In this document: positions 44,074 to 53,800 of the stretch, one piece after another
Layout: the number at the start of each line of letters is the position of its first letter
How positions within the stretch are numbered: the stretch's first letter is position 1
From: Escherichia phage DT57C
Sequence record: NC_027356.1
Length of the DNA stretch: 64,000 nt
Direction: 5' to 3' (one strand)
Translations under genes and position numbers: made by a program
Notes under the pieces: generated by a model
Told to the model about the DNA's origin: nothing
Database searches by the model: none
What the model saw: the letters and a program-made list of their open reading frames with translations, nothing else

Positions 44074-45900
44074 ATGACAGAGAATGAATTAATTGAGAAT
44101 TGCAAAGGTCTGCTCACTCTAACTGCGGATAAAGACTTACAACATAATAATGCTAATAAGCCTAGTGAGATGTTCCATACTCAAAGAGACTTATTGGCCG
44201 GAGAAATCAACAAGTATCTAGTATCGCAGGAATTACCCAAACATCTATTAGACGCCCATAATCTAGGTAAGATACACATTCATGATATGGATTACAGAGC
44301 GCAGGGGTACACTAACTGTTGCTTAGTAGACCTTGGTGGCATGCTGAAGAATGGTACTAAAATTGGTAATGCAAATATTGAAACTCCTAAATCCATAACT
44401 ACTGCGTGTGCAATCACTGCTCAGATTATTGCCCAAGTATCTGGTGCTCAGTATGGTGGCACTTCTATTGATCGTATCGATGAGGTTCTAGCACCATATG
44501 TCAGAAAGTCTTACAATAAACACCTGGGTCGTGGTCTACGTTGGCTCAAGGATGAAAGAAAAGCTGCTGTGTACGCTACTGAGCTTACTGAAAAAGAGTG
44601 TTATGATGCATTCCAAGCCCTAGAGTATGAAACTAATTCATTATTTAACTCTAACGGACAGACTCCTTTTGTTACGCTTGGCTTTGGGCTAGGACAGGGG
44701 TGGGAGGAAAGGATGATTCAGAAAGCCATCCTCCAAAACCGTATTAAAGGTTTAGGTGCTGCTGAGTCAACCCCTATCTTCCCTAAACTAGTATTCTCAG
44801 TTAAAGAAGGATTAAATAAAAATCCAGGCGATCCTAACTACGATATAAAACAGCTAGCACTTGAGTGTTCTGCTACCCGTATGTACCCGGACTATTTAAG
44901 TTACGAGAAAGTTGTAGCTGTTACTGGTGATTTTAAAGCCCCTATGGGTTGTCGTAGTTTTTTATCTGCCATCCCCTCTGGAGAAACCGCAGGGCGTAAT
45001 AATTTAGGTGTTGTGTCTATCAATCTACCTATGGTTGCTGCTGAGGCAGATGGAGTTTTTGAAGATTTCTGGGATATTCTAGACAAATATGTGGATGAGG
45101 CTTTTGAAGCGCATGACTTCTTCTTAAACAGACTGAAGAAAGTTAAGGCTAAACAAGCCCCTATTCTTTATATGCACGGTGGTTTTGGTGTGCGTTTAGA
45201 TGGGGAAGAGTATGTATGGCCTATTTTTGAAGGTAGATCTTCTGTATCTCTTGGGTACATTGGGGTCTATGAGATGTGCCAAATAATGTTTAGTCTACCA
45301 CAAACTCATAGGGACTGTATTGAATTTACAGAGGAAGTTCTCACTCACCTAAAAAATCGTTGCGAAGTTAAAGCTAATGAGACTAATCTTGGGTTTAGCT
45401 TGTATGCTACTCCTAGTGAGTCTCTATGTAATCGCTTTAATAAACTACTGGAACGTAGATTCCCAGAGTATTCTTGGTTAACAGATAAAGGCTATCTTAC
45501 TAATAGTCACCATTTGGACGTAAGAGAGAAGGTAGCTCCAGATACTAAATTTGAGTATGAAGCTCATTTCACCAAAATAGCTAATGGTGGTAATATATCA
45601 TTTGTGGAACTACCACAAATGAAAAAGTTCCATAAAGCTCTTGAATACGTAGTAGATAAGGGACTAGAATGTAGCCATTATATTGGTGTTAATATACCGA
45701 TTGATGAGTGCTTCAACTGTGGGTATATGGGTGAATCTGTTGCCTCTGAACGTGGGTTTGTATGTCCGAGTTGTGGATCTGAAGAAATAGAGGTTACACG
45801 TAGGGTTTGCGGGTACCTGGGGTCCCCGGGCAGTAGGCCTTTCAATTCTGGGAAACAAAAAGAAGTGCTTGGTAGAGTAAAACACTTAAATCTTAAGTAA
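44074..45900 (+). CDS. nrdD: Anaerobic ribonucleoside-triphosphate reductase
   Basis: 608-aa ORF; C-terminal Zn-ribbon CxxC...CxxC and glycyl-radical motif RVCGYLGS. Confidence 0.8.
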   Translation: MTENELIENCKGLLTLTADKDLQHNNANKPSEMFHTQRDLLAGEINKYLVSQELPKHLLDAHNLGKIHIHDMDYRAQGYTNCCLVDLGGMLKNGTKIGNANIETPKSITTACAITAQIIAQVSGAQYGGTSIDRIDEVLAPYVRKSYNKHLGRGLRWLKDERKAAVYATELTEKECYDAFQALEYETNSLFNSNGQTPFVTLGFGLGQGWEERMIQKAILQNRIKGLGAAESTPIFPKLVFSVKEGLNKNPGDPNYDIKQLALECSATRMYPDYLSYEKVVAVTGDFKAPMGCRSFLSAIPSGETAGRNNLGVVSINLPMVAAEADGVFEDFWDILDKYVDEAFEAHDFFLNRLKKVKAKQAPILYMHGGFGVRLDGEEYVWPIFEGRSSVSLGYIGVYEMCQIMFSLPQTHRDCIEFTEEVLTHLKNRCEVKANETNLGFSLYATPSESLCNRFNKLLERRFPEYSWLTDKGYLTNSHHLDVREKVAPDTKFEYEAHFTKIANGGNISFVELPQMKKFHKALEYVVDKGLECSHYIGVNIPIDECFNCGYMGESVASERGFVCPSCGSEEIEVTRRVCGYLGSPGSRPFNSGKQKEVLGRVKHLNLK

Positions 45901-45909
45901 GCTAATCAG

Positions 45910-45940
45910 CCAGGTTGCTAGTCGACCTGGCTTTTATTTT
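45910..45940 (+). terminator. Rho-independent terminator after nrdD
   Basis: ccaggt...acctgg hairpin followed by cttttatttt. Confidence 0.5.
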
Positions 45941-45942
45941 AT

Positions 45943-45971
45943 TTGCTTTCAGCCAAAAATTTATATATAAT
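45943..45971 (+). promoter_or_regulatory. Sigma70-type promoter (TTGCTT-17-TATAAT)
   Basis: Followed by aaatttgagaggag RBS region and ATG at 46000. Confidence 0.6.
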
Positions 45972-45999
45972 AGATTTGTAAATTTGAGAGGAGAAAGCT

Positions 46000-46212
46000 A
46001 TGAGGATTCATAAGGTAGATAAAGATCGTATCTATTTTGTTATGGACTCCGGAGCATATGGATCTATTCTAAGAGAAGATGTTACTAAATTTTGCTTAGT
46101 AAATACTTGGATGGATAAGGAGAAGATTGACCCTAGATCAGGCATATGCTTATCGGAACCAGCTCTTTTAATTGCAAATGCAGAAATTGAATTGTTTGAG
46201 GACATAGAATGA
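46000..46212 (+). CDS. Hypothetical protein
   Basis: 70-aa ORF with GAGGAG RBS. Confidence 0.5.
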   Translation: MRIHKVDKDRIYFVMDSGAYGSILREDVTKFCLVNTWMDKEKIDPRSGICLSEPALLIANAEIELFEDIE

Positions 46213-46439
46213 AAAACGTAAAACACCTTAAATATCGTTTAATCTATAACGGACGTATGGAAACTGAAGAGCTAGCTCAATTAGCTATTAACTCTAATGA
46301 GGTTATGGTGCGTGCGCTAGCAATTGAAAAGTTGCGGGCTTCTTATGAAAGTCATATTATGGAACTAGAGGAGAAACTTTATGGACTTCTCGAAGCCGAA
46401 GCTAGAAGCAATCCAGAGGACAGGCCTACTAAGCAATAG
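46209..46439 (+). CDS. Hypothetical protein
   Basis: 76-aa ORF, ATGA overlap with upstream gene. Confidence 0.5.
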   Translation: MKNVKHLKYRLIYNGRMETEELAQLAINSNEVMVRALAIEKLRASYESHIMELEEKLYGLLEAEARSNPEDRPTKQ

Positions 46440-46492
46440 AAGGTATGTATATGGGGAGTAATTTTACCTCAAAACATTATCGAAGGATTTAA

Positions 46493-46765
46493 GTGAGGGA
46501 TTGTACAGTGTTTTTGACTGGTAATACCAGTCAAGATATGATTATTGTGGTTGGTTGCTCTAACCAAGTAATTAACTTCTACTGGGAATTATTCCCTGTT
46601 CTTAACCGTACTGCTGCGAAACTTATGGTAGTTAACTACTATGATGTATCAGTATCCAACGGTAGAACTGGAATAAATCTTCAAGATTTAAGAGCTGTTA
46701 GCTATATGCTAGAATTTAGTCCAGATCTTGAAATGTGTAAAGCCCTACAACAATTTAAGGTGTAA
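46493..46765 (+). CDS. Hypothetical protein (start codon uncertain, GTG or internal ATG)
   Basis: 90-aa ORF. Confidence 0.4.
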   Translation: MRDCTVFLTGNTSQDMIIVVGCSNQVINFYWELFPVLNRTAAKLMVVNYYDVSVSNGRTGINLQDLRAVSYMLEFSPDLEMCKALQQFKV

Positions 46766-46767
46766 AT

Positions 46768-47196
46768 ATGTTTAATAATGTATTCTCTAAAGAAGCTAAC
46801 CCAATATTGGTTAATTTTTGGCGTACTCTTCCAGACAACCTGTACAATGAGGCTATTAATGCTCTGAAAATATGGTGTGAGAATAATGAAATCTCCTTTG
46901 CTTTTAAGGGTGAGATTGAAGAAGCTCCCTGTATTGGTTTAATTGTGCAGGTAGAGGATGATCTGGAAGAGATTGTCGGATGGAAAGAGTTGGATGAAAT
47001 GGGATTGGTTTTTGCATTAAACTATAAGCTGTTTATGCCTAATAAACACCGTATTGTTGTTAATTATAAAACCAGTGAATCTCCGGGCTTTCAAGTTAAT
47101 GAACATTACGGTTGGTCTTACTCACCGGAAGAAGTAAATGATGGTATCCAAAGACTTCGTCGTTTTGGTTATCAAATTCCGGGTTTAACCGCCTAA
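46768..47196 (+). CDS. Hypothetical protein, paralog of 47206-47598
   Basis: 142-aa ORF; shared blocks (C[IV]G..., W.EL..MGL[IV].ALN..LF.P) with neighbour. Confidence 0.55.
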   Translation: MFNNVFSKEANPILVNFWRTLPDNLYNEAINALKIWCENNEISFAFKGEIEEAPCIGLIVQVEDDLEEIVGWKELDEMGLVFALNYKLFMPNKHRIVVNYKTSESPGFQVNEHYGWSYSPEEVNDGIQRLRRFGYQIPGLTA

Positions 47197-47205
47197 GGGG
47201 GCACA

Positions 47206-47598
47206 ATGGAACAAGTATATTGGCGTCAGATTGATCCTAGTTTGGTGAAGCGTGCGGAGAAGCTGCTACAACGTTGGTTGGGGGTAAGACAAGCCTCCTT
47301 CACTTTTCCGGAGCAGCAAATAGACGATCCCTGTGTTGGTGTTTTCCTATCAGGCTACGCTAGGGAAGTGGAATTGGATTGGAATGAATTGTCTGCTATG
47401 GGTTTAATTGTTGCACTAAATTTCTCTTTGTTCCATCCACGTGGCTTGGCCATAAGTCGTGTGCCTGATGACGGTTGTTCGCCCCATCTTTTACAGGTGG
47501 AAGATGATATTTGGGAGTACCCTCCAGATATTCTCAAAGAAGCTAAAGAACAATTAAATCGTGTTGGGATTTATGTTCTAGGCCTGAATGATGAATGA
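47206..47598 (+). CDS. Hypothetical protein, paralog of 46768-47196
   Basis: 130-aa ORF. Confidence 0.55.
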   Translation: MEQVYWRQIDPSLVKRAEKLLQRWLGVRQASFTFPEQQIDDPCVGVFLSGYAREVELDWNELSAMGLIVALNFSLFHPRGLAISRVPDDGCSPHLLQVEDDIWEYPPDILKEAKEQLNRVGIYVLGLNDE

Positions 47599-47619
47599 TT
47601 TTTATTAGCTGAACTCTAA

Positions 47620-47648
47620 TTACCGAGTCATTTTGGCTCGGTTTTCTC
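47620..47648 (+). terminator. Terminator-like hairpin (ccgag...ctcgg) with T-run
   Basis: Read directly after 47598 stop. Confidence 0.4.
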
Positions 47649-47689
47649 TATGTTCAAAGACACTGGTAGCAGCCCCTGGAAAAATTTAC

Positions 47690-47718
47690 TTGCTTGATGC
47701 TCAAAATCTTGATATAAT
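47690..47718 (+). promoter_or_regulatory. Sigma70-type promoter (TTGCTT-17-TATAAT) followed by ~600 nt without ORF
   Basis: Exact hexamers with 17-bp spacer; no start codon/ORF until ~48315. Confidence 0.55.
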
Positions 47719-48314
47719 ATTTATATTGAATTGAGAGACATTAGTAAAAATTGATTTTGCTAATTTTTCTTAGTGAAGCTGACAAGGGATTTACGGCGAG
47801 AGGAATCGATGACCCGTAAATAGCTGCATAAGGTACGTTGCTAGAGCTTTACGAAAAAGTTTTTTCTTGTTTACAATCCGCGATACGGAACAGTTAGGCT
47901 GCCCCATTAAGGGTTGTTTTAACTGTTACGTGTTAGTTTTTAAACAAATAGTTAATAGAATACTTAGCGATCTACACCCCGTAGGAACCCTGGTAAGGCC
48001 TCGAAGCAACCTAGTGTGAGGTGGTTGTGAAGTGAGACGGGAAGAGTGAAAAACTCTGAGAAGTGATGACGTAAGGTATACTGCATCTAGTATGAGCTAG
48101 TACATGAAGCATTAGGTGAGCAAATCTGGCTTAGCGGCCATCCTCAAGGATTTGTGCGGTATAGTGAAGCGGCAGTGTAGCGTGAAAGTGGAAGTTGCCA
48201 CCCCACTTCAGTATTTGCGATTAATTTGTTGAGAAATTGACAGTAACAGTTGTTCTATTCTTTCTGAATAGTCCTAAAGAAAACTTATTTCATTTCCAAC
48301 ACAGGAGTATTGTT

Positions 48315-51104
48315 GTGTTTTCAATCCTACAAGGTCATGCAGGATTTCATCGCGATTTAGCCACAGGCAATTGGCGAGAAGTTAAAGCAGAAGATTATCT
48401 TTTTGCTAAAAGATTTTCCTCAAAGCATCCTGAAGGTAAACCAGCTTCAATGCCCTTCAAGTTTGATGTAATTGATGAAGTTGATCCTCAAACCCTAGTA
48501 GAAATGCTCCCTCTTATGAGACGTTTAACGTCTGATCCTCATATCGTTGCGGTACGAGGTCGATGTCTTGCACCTAAAAATAATGTGCGGCGTAAGAAGG
48601 GCAACTTTAATGTATCTAATCCTAGTAGTATTATTGCTATGGACGTGGATGGTATTGTAGATACAGGTGGTTGTAACAAGTTTGATCTTGTTGGCATGGC
48701 TCGTCATATTATTAGGATGTTAAATAGTATTAGTGAGGATATGTTTCCTCTTGATGCAGGGTTTATTGCTCATGCATCGTCTTCGGCTGGGCTAAAACCA
48801 GGTATCCGAATGCACTTAATACTAGAATCTAATGTTAAAGTAACTCAGGGTCAAATCAAGTTCTTATTTACATCTATCAACGAAAGTAGTAGACAAAAGT
48901 ATGGCTTTGATATTGCCGACTTAGCTTATTACTCTTCCGTACAGCTCCATTACTTTGCAGATCCTTTATTTACCGATGGTATAGTTGATCCGTTTAAAGC
49001 GGAGGGTGCTTCACGTCTGGTATTTGTTAAAGGCTCAAAAGTAAATTTACCTAATAATCTAGTTGACTATGAAACAACTAGAGGGGAGTTTAAAGAGGAA
49101 TTCTATTCTTTACTCGACCAAATTAAAGGTAAAAAAGCTGCTTCTGATAAAGTAGAGGAAACTATCAGTGAGCTAGAAGAGGCTGATGATGGGGTATACT
49201 TACGTATTATTCCAAAGCTATATCACCGAGCGTTAGAGGATGGGGTAGATTTTGGTTGGCTAGAAAAAGAAATCCGCCCAGCTTTATCAGAATATATTGC
49301 AACTAAAGATAATAGCCGTAATATTCAAGACTACTTTAACAACGGTCGAAAACAGGCTCTGAAAGCATTTGTTAATAATTCTAAACGTGATATACCCGAT
49401 GTTTTAAAAGGTATTCCGCTTAAAAAGCTAGAAACTAATTCACTAGAGACCGACAACTTCTTGAAATTAAATACTGTACCACCAGAAGGCTATATGACTT
49501 TTGTAAAAGCAAGTCTAGGTACAGGTAAAACCACGGCTGTTGTGCGTTGGTTAGATTCAGGAGTTATTAAAGGTAATTTCTTAGCAATTACCAACACTAG
49601 AGCACTGGTATCTTCAAATGCTAAGAAATTTAGTGCAGGACAATACGATAAGTCTGTAGATATGCTTAATTTTAAGCGTGGTGCTATTGACCGTATGTCC
49701 ACAACCATTCACTCTTTGCATAAGTTTAAGAGTTTTATTGGTCAAATTGATGCAATCTTTATAGACGAATGTGATGCAGTAATGAATGACCTATTATTCG
49801 CCCCCGTTGTTAAACAACGTCGTGAGTGTATTCAGGTTCTTCGTGATATTCTTGCAACTGCAAAAATCATTATACTATCCGATGGTGACATTAGTTCTGA
49901 GACGATTGAAGCATATGGTTCTTTGATTGAGTTCGATAAACCAGTTGCATTCTATAATCACCACCGTAAAATGCTGTCAAAAGCTCATGCTTATGAGTTC
50001 CCTGATGAGTCCAGTATTTGGGTTGCACTTCAGACCTCTCTAGAGATGGGTGAGAAATCTATTCTAGTATCTGATTGTGGCCCAGATGAGCTGAATGAGA
50101 AGGGTATGGCACTACGTCGTAATACTGGTGCATTAGTTAAAGAAATCCATTCAAACTCCACTTCAGATGTGGATATTCGACGTATTCTGGATTATACAAC
50201 TAATGAGCTAATTGATCAACAAATTGATTGCTTATTATGTAGTCCATCCGTAACGAGTGGAGTTGACTTTAACTATTTTGATAACGTATTTGTTATTACT
50301 AGAACCAGTAATCAGGCGCCAAACATGCGTTTCCAAGCAATCAGGCGCGACCGTGGTGCTCAGAATATCTATTATTTTATTGATAAATCCACTAGTGGAT
50401 TCTCTGCAGGTTCTGAACAATATAATATTGATGAAGGTTGGCTGGAGTTAGCGCAGCAATTATATGCACGTCGCAGGGAGCTGGAATCTAGAAACTATAC
50501 TAGTACTTTACGTTATTACTTGCTTGATCAAGGTGCAACTATTGATATTTTCAGTGAAAGCTGGGGAACTATTGAAGGTGCTGGTAAAGAATACACAGAA
50601 GAGCGAATCAAAGCTATTCTGCACTCAACTCCTGATTATTGTGCTCCACGTCATGCGGATGCGTATGAGGCTAAACTACTTATTGTTCGCTATTATCATC
50701 TTGAGTCTATTAAAGATGTAACAGTTGAGCATGTTGAACAATATATCAAAGATAAGCCGAATGATCGAGCTGCATTCTTCCATAAGATGCACGAGATGTT
50801 CTGGGAAGATATTAAGAAGTGTTCAAATGTGACCATTAAACCATTCATAGAAGCTCTGAAAGGTAAGAAGAAAGATTTCTTCCTTAAAACGGGTCAGAGT
50901 GCTAACCCAAAATATGCTAGAATGTATCTTGGTATGATGGGTATTGGTAAAGATATGAACACGGAGAATATCGTAGACTGGTACAGAACCTATTGTAAAA
51001 TCGAGTGTATGCCAATTCCTTTCAAATTTATGACAGAGGAAGAGAAGGCTATGGCAGAAGAAGCAATGTCAGAGCTAGGTGCTAGAAATGACAGTGAAGA
51101 ATAA
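48315..51104 (+). CDS. Large P-loop ATPase / helicase-like protein (possible replication initiator)
   Basis: Track ORF 48237-51104; start proposed at GTG 48315 (AGGAG RBS 7 nt upstream); Walker A GTGKTT, Walker B-like IFIDECD. Confidence 0.5.
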   Translation: MFSILQGHAGFHRDLATGNWREVKAEDYLFAKRFSSKHPEGKPASMPFKFDVIDEVDPQTLVEMLPLMRRLTSDPHIVAVRGRCLAPKNNVRRKKGNFNVSNPSSIIAMDVDGIVDTGGCNKFDLVGMARHIIRMLNSISEDMFPLDAGFIAHASSSAGLKPGIRMHLILESNVKVTQGQIKFLFTSINESSRQKYGFDIADLAYYSSVQLHYFADPLFTDGIVDPFKAEGASRLVFVKGSKVNLPNNLVDYETTRGEFKEEFYSLLDQIKGKKAASDKVEETISELEEADDGVYLRIIPKLYHRALEDGVDFGWLEKEIRPALSEYIATKDNSRNIQDYFNNGRKQALKAFVNNSKRDIPDVLKGIPLKKLETNSLETDNFLKLNTVPPEGYMTFVKASLGTGKTTAVVRWLDSGVIKGNFLAITNTRALVSSNAKKFSAGQYDKSVDMLNFKRGAIDRMSTTIHSLHKFKSFIGQIDAIFIDECDAVMNDLLFAPVVKQRRECIQVLRDILATAKIIILSDGDISSETIEAYGSLIEFDKPVAFYNHHRKMLSKAHAYEFPDESSIWVALQTSLEMGEKSILVSDCGPDELNEKGMALRRNTGALVKEIHSNSTSDVDIRRILDYTTNELIDQQIDCLLCSPSVTSGVDFNYFDNVFVITRTSNQAPNMRFQAIRRDRGAQNIYYFIDKSTSGFSAGSEQYNIDEGWLELAQQLYARRRELESRNYTSTLRYYLLDQGATIDIFSESWGTIEGAGKEYTEERIKAILHSTPDYCAPRHADAYEAKLLIVRYYHLESIKDVTVEHVEQYIKDKPNDRAAFFHKMHEMFWEDIKKCSNVTIKPFIEALKGKKKDFFLKTGQSANPKYARMYLGMMGIGKDMNTENIVDWYRTYCKIECMPIPFKFMTEEEKAMAEEAMSELGARNDSEE

Positions 51105-51330
51105 AAAATGGGAAACAAGGAAGTTTCCAGTAAAAGAACGTAAAGTTCCTGTTTACGATACTTCGGAAAAGCTATGTAGGGTGGTACCACCTAGATTAGC
51201 TGGCATCCCTAACATATCCGAGTGGTTACTTAAACAACGGAGGACTAGCGTATCCCTTCGCATAGGGTTTGAGTTAGATAAAGTATATGCTGAACTTTCT
51301 TCTTTGCTCAAAGAATCATAAAAAATTTAT

Positions 51331-51359
51331 TTGCTTTCAGGAAAATTTTTCTGTATAAT
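51331..51359 (+). promoter_or_regulatory. Strong early promoter resembling T5 PN25 as recalled (TTGCTT-17-TATAAT with A-rich upstream element)
   Basis: Sequence tcataaaaaatttatttgctttcaggaaaatttttctgtataatagattcataaatttgagagaggag read directly; identity to PN25 is from memory, not a search. Confidence 0.65.
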
Positions 51360-51390
51360 AGATTCATAAATTTGAGAGAGGAGTTTAAAT

Positions 51391-52095
51391 ATGGCTGGTT
51401 CTCGCAGAAAGAAACATATCCATGAAATCCCGGATGAAGTCTTTAAAAAGGTTATAGAGCATCTGGAGAACGGTGGTACTAAGAAAGCAGCATGTGAAAT
51501 GCTCGGCGTATCATCCAATCCGACTATGGAAAGGATGATAGAAGAGTGGCAAGATCGCCAAATTCAAGTTGCCGAGATGAAGAAAAAGAAACGTGGCACA
51601 CTCATTGAAGGCATCGAGTTAGCTAACGTTATTGAACAGTATTTATCTGGTGATTCTTTTGAAGAGATTGCCGATCGTAATTACCGCTCTGTAGCAATGG
51701 TTAAATCTGTTCTGGAACGATATGGTGCTCTACTTCGTTTAAACGATATTGTAGACCCGTTGAATCCACCAATTATTCCTGATGATGCTGTAGCAGAAGA
51801 ATTTGAAGTAGGTGAGCTAGTTTGGGTTCCTGGATACCAGTGTATCGGTGAAATCAAAAAAGCAATGGATAATCCTGTTGGTTGTTACCGTGTATGGCTT
51901 CTATCAGAAGGCAAACAACAGAACGTTCATTATATGAATTACGAGCTGGCTTCTGTTAAACATCTGGAAAAGCTAGGGGTTGACGTAAAATCTCTGGGGT
52001 ATAAATGGTCCCGGGAAGAAGTTATCACACTGATTAACGAAGCTGTTAAGGCTGCCTTGAAACTTGATAAAGAAAAAGGAAAACGCCGTGAGTAA
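51391..52095 (+). CDS. Hypothetical early protein
   Basis: 234-aa ORF immediately downstream of PN25-like promoter with GAGAGGAG RBS. Confidence 0.6.
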   Translation: MAGSRRKKHIHEIPDEVFKKVIEHLENGGTKKAACEMLGVSSNPTMERMIEEWQDRQIQVAEMKKKKRGTLIEGIELANVIEQYLSGDSFEEIADRNYRSVAMVKSVLERYGALLRLNDIVDPLNPPIIPDDAVAEEFEVGELVWVPGYQCIGEIKKAMDNPVGCYRVWLLSEGKQQNVHYMNYELASVKHLEKLGVDVKSLGYKWSREEVITLINEAVKAALKLDKEKGKRRE

Positions 52096-52339
52096 ACTAA
52101 CTGATTTGCTTAAAGATGGGGAAGTAAAAACACTATATCGTAGAAGCTGGGATAACGATAATAACGGCTTAGTGTTACTAACTTTAGATGCTGACTCGGA
52201 TGTAGTTACTCAACATACTTGGGTAGCCGGTAACTATCCATATAGTGAGATTGTTTCATTAACAGTATGCGAAGCTGTTGCAGACGATTGGGAGATTGCC
52301 AGCATTGATGATATGCTCGCTGTTGGCCTGGTGGAGTAA
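52088..52339 (+). CDS. Hypothetical protein (GTG start overlapping upstream stop)
   Basis: Track ORF 52064-52339; AAGGA RBS 7 nt upstream of GTG. Confidence 0.4.
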   Translation: MSKLTDLLKDGEVKTLYRRSWDNDNNGLVLLTLDADSDVVTQHTWVAGNYPYSEIVSLTVCEAVADDWEIASIDDMLAVGLVE

Positions 52340-52356
52340 CTACTTAAAAATTTCAG

Positions 52357-52385
52357 TTGCTTAATCCTACAATTCTTGATATAAT
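52357..52385 (+). promoter_or_regulatory. Sigma70-type promoter (TTGCTT-17-TATAAT)
   Basis: Read directly. Confidence 0.6.
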
Positions 52386-52442
52386 ATTCTCATAGTTTGA
52401 AAGAACTATTCTGTTTAATTCTTAATTAAGGAAATATAAAAT

Positions 52443-52853
52443 ATGACTACTCCAACTCAGTGGACTGATGAACTGTTCGAAAAAATGTCTTCCGAATACG
52501 TTGCTCGTATGGAGCAATTCCCAGAGGATGAACGTCCGAGTGTTAGCATGGAAATTGTTAGTGAAATTGCCCAGGAAAATGGTGTAACTCCGAACGGTTT
52601 TCGTATGAAGCTGACTAAAGCAGGTTTGTATATTAAGAAAGCTGCTGGCTCTGCTTCTAAATCTAGTGCATCTACTGGAGAAAAAGCTTCCGGTGGTTCT
52701 CGTACCTCCAAAGCCCAGGCTCATGCCGACCTTCGTTCAGCGTTCTCTGATGCTGGCTTAGCACCAGATTTTCTGGATGATGCAATTATCGACAAACTGA
52801 CCGGTAAAGCGGCTGCTCATCTGGCAGAAGCAATCCGAGCTATCACTAAGTAA
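52443..52853 (+). CDS. Hypothetical protein (host-optimal codon usage)
   Basis: 136-aa ORF; antisense track ORFs 52422-52724 and 52457-52711 rejected. Confidence 0.6.
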   Translation: MTTPTQWTDELFEKMSSEYVARMEQFPEDERPSVSMEIVSEIAQENGVTPNGFRMKLTKAGLYIKKAAGSASKSSASTGEKASGGSRTSKAQAHADLRSAFSDAGLAPDFLDDAIIDKLTGKAAAHLAEAIRAITK

Positions 52854-52867
52854 TAGGGAGATTATAC

Positions 52868-53155
52868 ATGAATAAACAAGAAATTATCTCCGCATGTGAA
52901 GCCCATAATGAGTTCTACCTTCATTATGAGAAACTACGCCAAAAGGGTACTACATACCTTCAGGGTACTATGGATTTTTCTGATAAGTACCTAAGTAAAC
53001 GTTTTGCTCAGGAGCGTATCCGTCAACCAAAAGATGACGAAATTCTAGTGTTTAGTCGCACTAATGACAGCTTCCGATTTATTCCTGTTGCGAAAGTTCG
53101 TCGCATTACGAGCCTTCAGTCAGAGTTAGATCGTGCTTCTCCAGTAGGCCGATAA
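52868..53155 (+). CDS. Hypothetical protein
   Basis: 95-aa ORF with GGGAG RBS. Confidence 0.5.
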   Translation: MNKQEIISACEAHNEFYLHYEKLRQKGTTYLQGTMDFSDKYLSKRFAQERIRQPKDDEILVFSRTNDSFRFIPVAKVRRITSLQSELDRASPVGR

Positions 53156-53164
53156 GAAACCAAT

Positions 53165-53188
53165 TAGCCCCTATATGGGGCTTTTTGT
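53165..53188 (+). terminator. Rho-independent terminator (agcccc tatat ggggct ttttt)
   Basis: Read directly. Confidence 0.6.
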
Positions 53189-53205
53189 GTATTTGAGAAA
53201 CGTAA

Positions 53206-53514
53206 ATGAGCGATCAGGTAAACCAAAACTATGAAGGACACGTTGATGATCAGTCAATCCTTCTATGGGAAAAAGAAGGGGAACAAGTAAGATTGACAGT
53301 ATCTGAATTTCGTGGGAATCTATACATGGGAATTAGGTATTGGCTCCAGGATATTACTGGAGAATGGTTTCCAACGAAATCCGGCTTCTCTTTTCCGTAC
53401 ACTCTAGAAACTACTTCGCAGCTATTCTATGCTTTTACGCAAATCCTTAGTGAATCTGAGGTTTTACATGAAGTACAGAAACGAGCTGAAGAACTCAAAG
53501 CCAAGAATGCCTAG
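53206..53514 (+). CDS. Hypothetical protein
   Basis: 102-aa ORF. Confidence 0.5.
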   Translation: MSDQVNQNYEGHVDDQSILLWEKEGEQVRLTVSEFRGNLYMGIRYWLQDITGEWFPTKSGFSFPYTLETTSQLFYAFTQILSESEVLHEVQKRAEELKAKNA

Positions 53515-53528
53515 TTCTTGGCTTTTTC
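53500..53528 (+). terminator. Rho-independent terminator (gccaagaa...ttcttggc ttttt)
   Basis: 8-bp stem plus T-run, overlaps 3' end of CDS. Confidence 0.55.
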
Positions 53529-53541
53529 TTTATAAATGTAT

Positions 53542-53570
53542 TTGCTTTCAACTCAGTTTTGATATATAAT
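53542..53570 (+). promoter_or_regulatory. Sigma70-type promoter (TTGCTT-17-TATAAT)
   Basis: Read directly. Confidence 0.6.
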
Positions 53571-53599
53571 ATTTATATAAATTAATGAGAGGATCAATC

Positions 53600-53800
53600 A
53601 TGGCAATGACAGTAACACTTCCCAAGATTCAAGCAAAACTTAATCTGCTTTCCACAGCACGCATTAATTATCAAGATAACATAGGCACAGTAAATCAAAA
53701 GGCGTACAAAGATGCGTTTCTGAAAGAATCTGCTGATTTGATGGATATGGTTACACAATATAATAAAGAACTCAAGATGGAAATCGCCGATGATGAATAA
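53600..53800 (+). CDS. Small hypothetical protein (start at ATG 53600)
   Basis: Track ORF 53585-53800; GAGAGGA RBS favours internal ATG. Confidence 0.45.
   Translation: MAMTVTLPKIQAKLNLLSTARINYQDNIGTVNQKAYKDAFLKESADLMDMVTQYNKELKMEIADDE

Noticed and set aside
48237-48314. N-terminal 26 codons of the 955-aa track ORF
   Set aside because: No RBS before the ATG at 48237; a GTG at 48315 has an AGGAG RBS at correct spacing, so the upstream part is probably untranslated leader
51088-51321. ~78-aa plus-strand ORF overlapping the 3' end of the large ATPase gene
   Set aside because: Weak start context and overlap with the upstream CDS; kept out of the feature list but could be real
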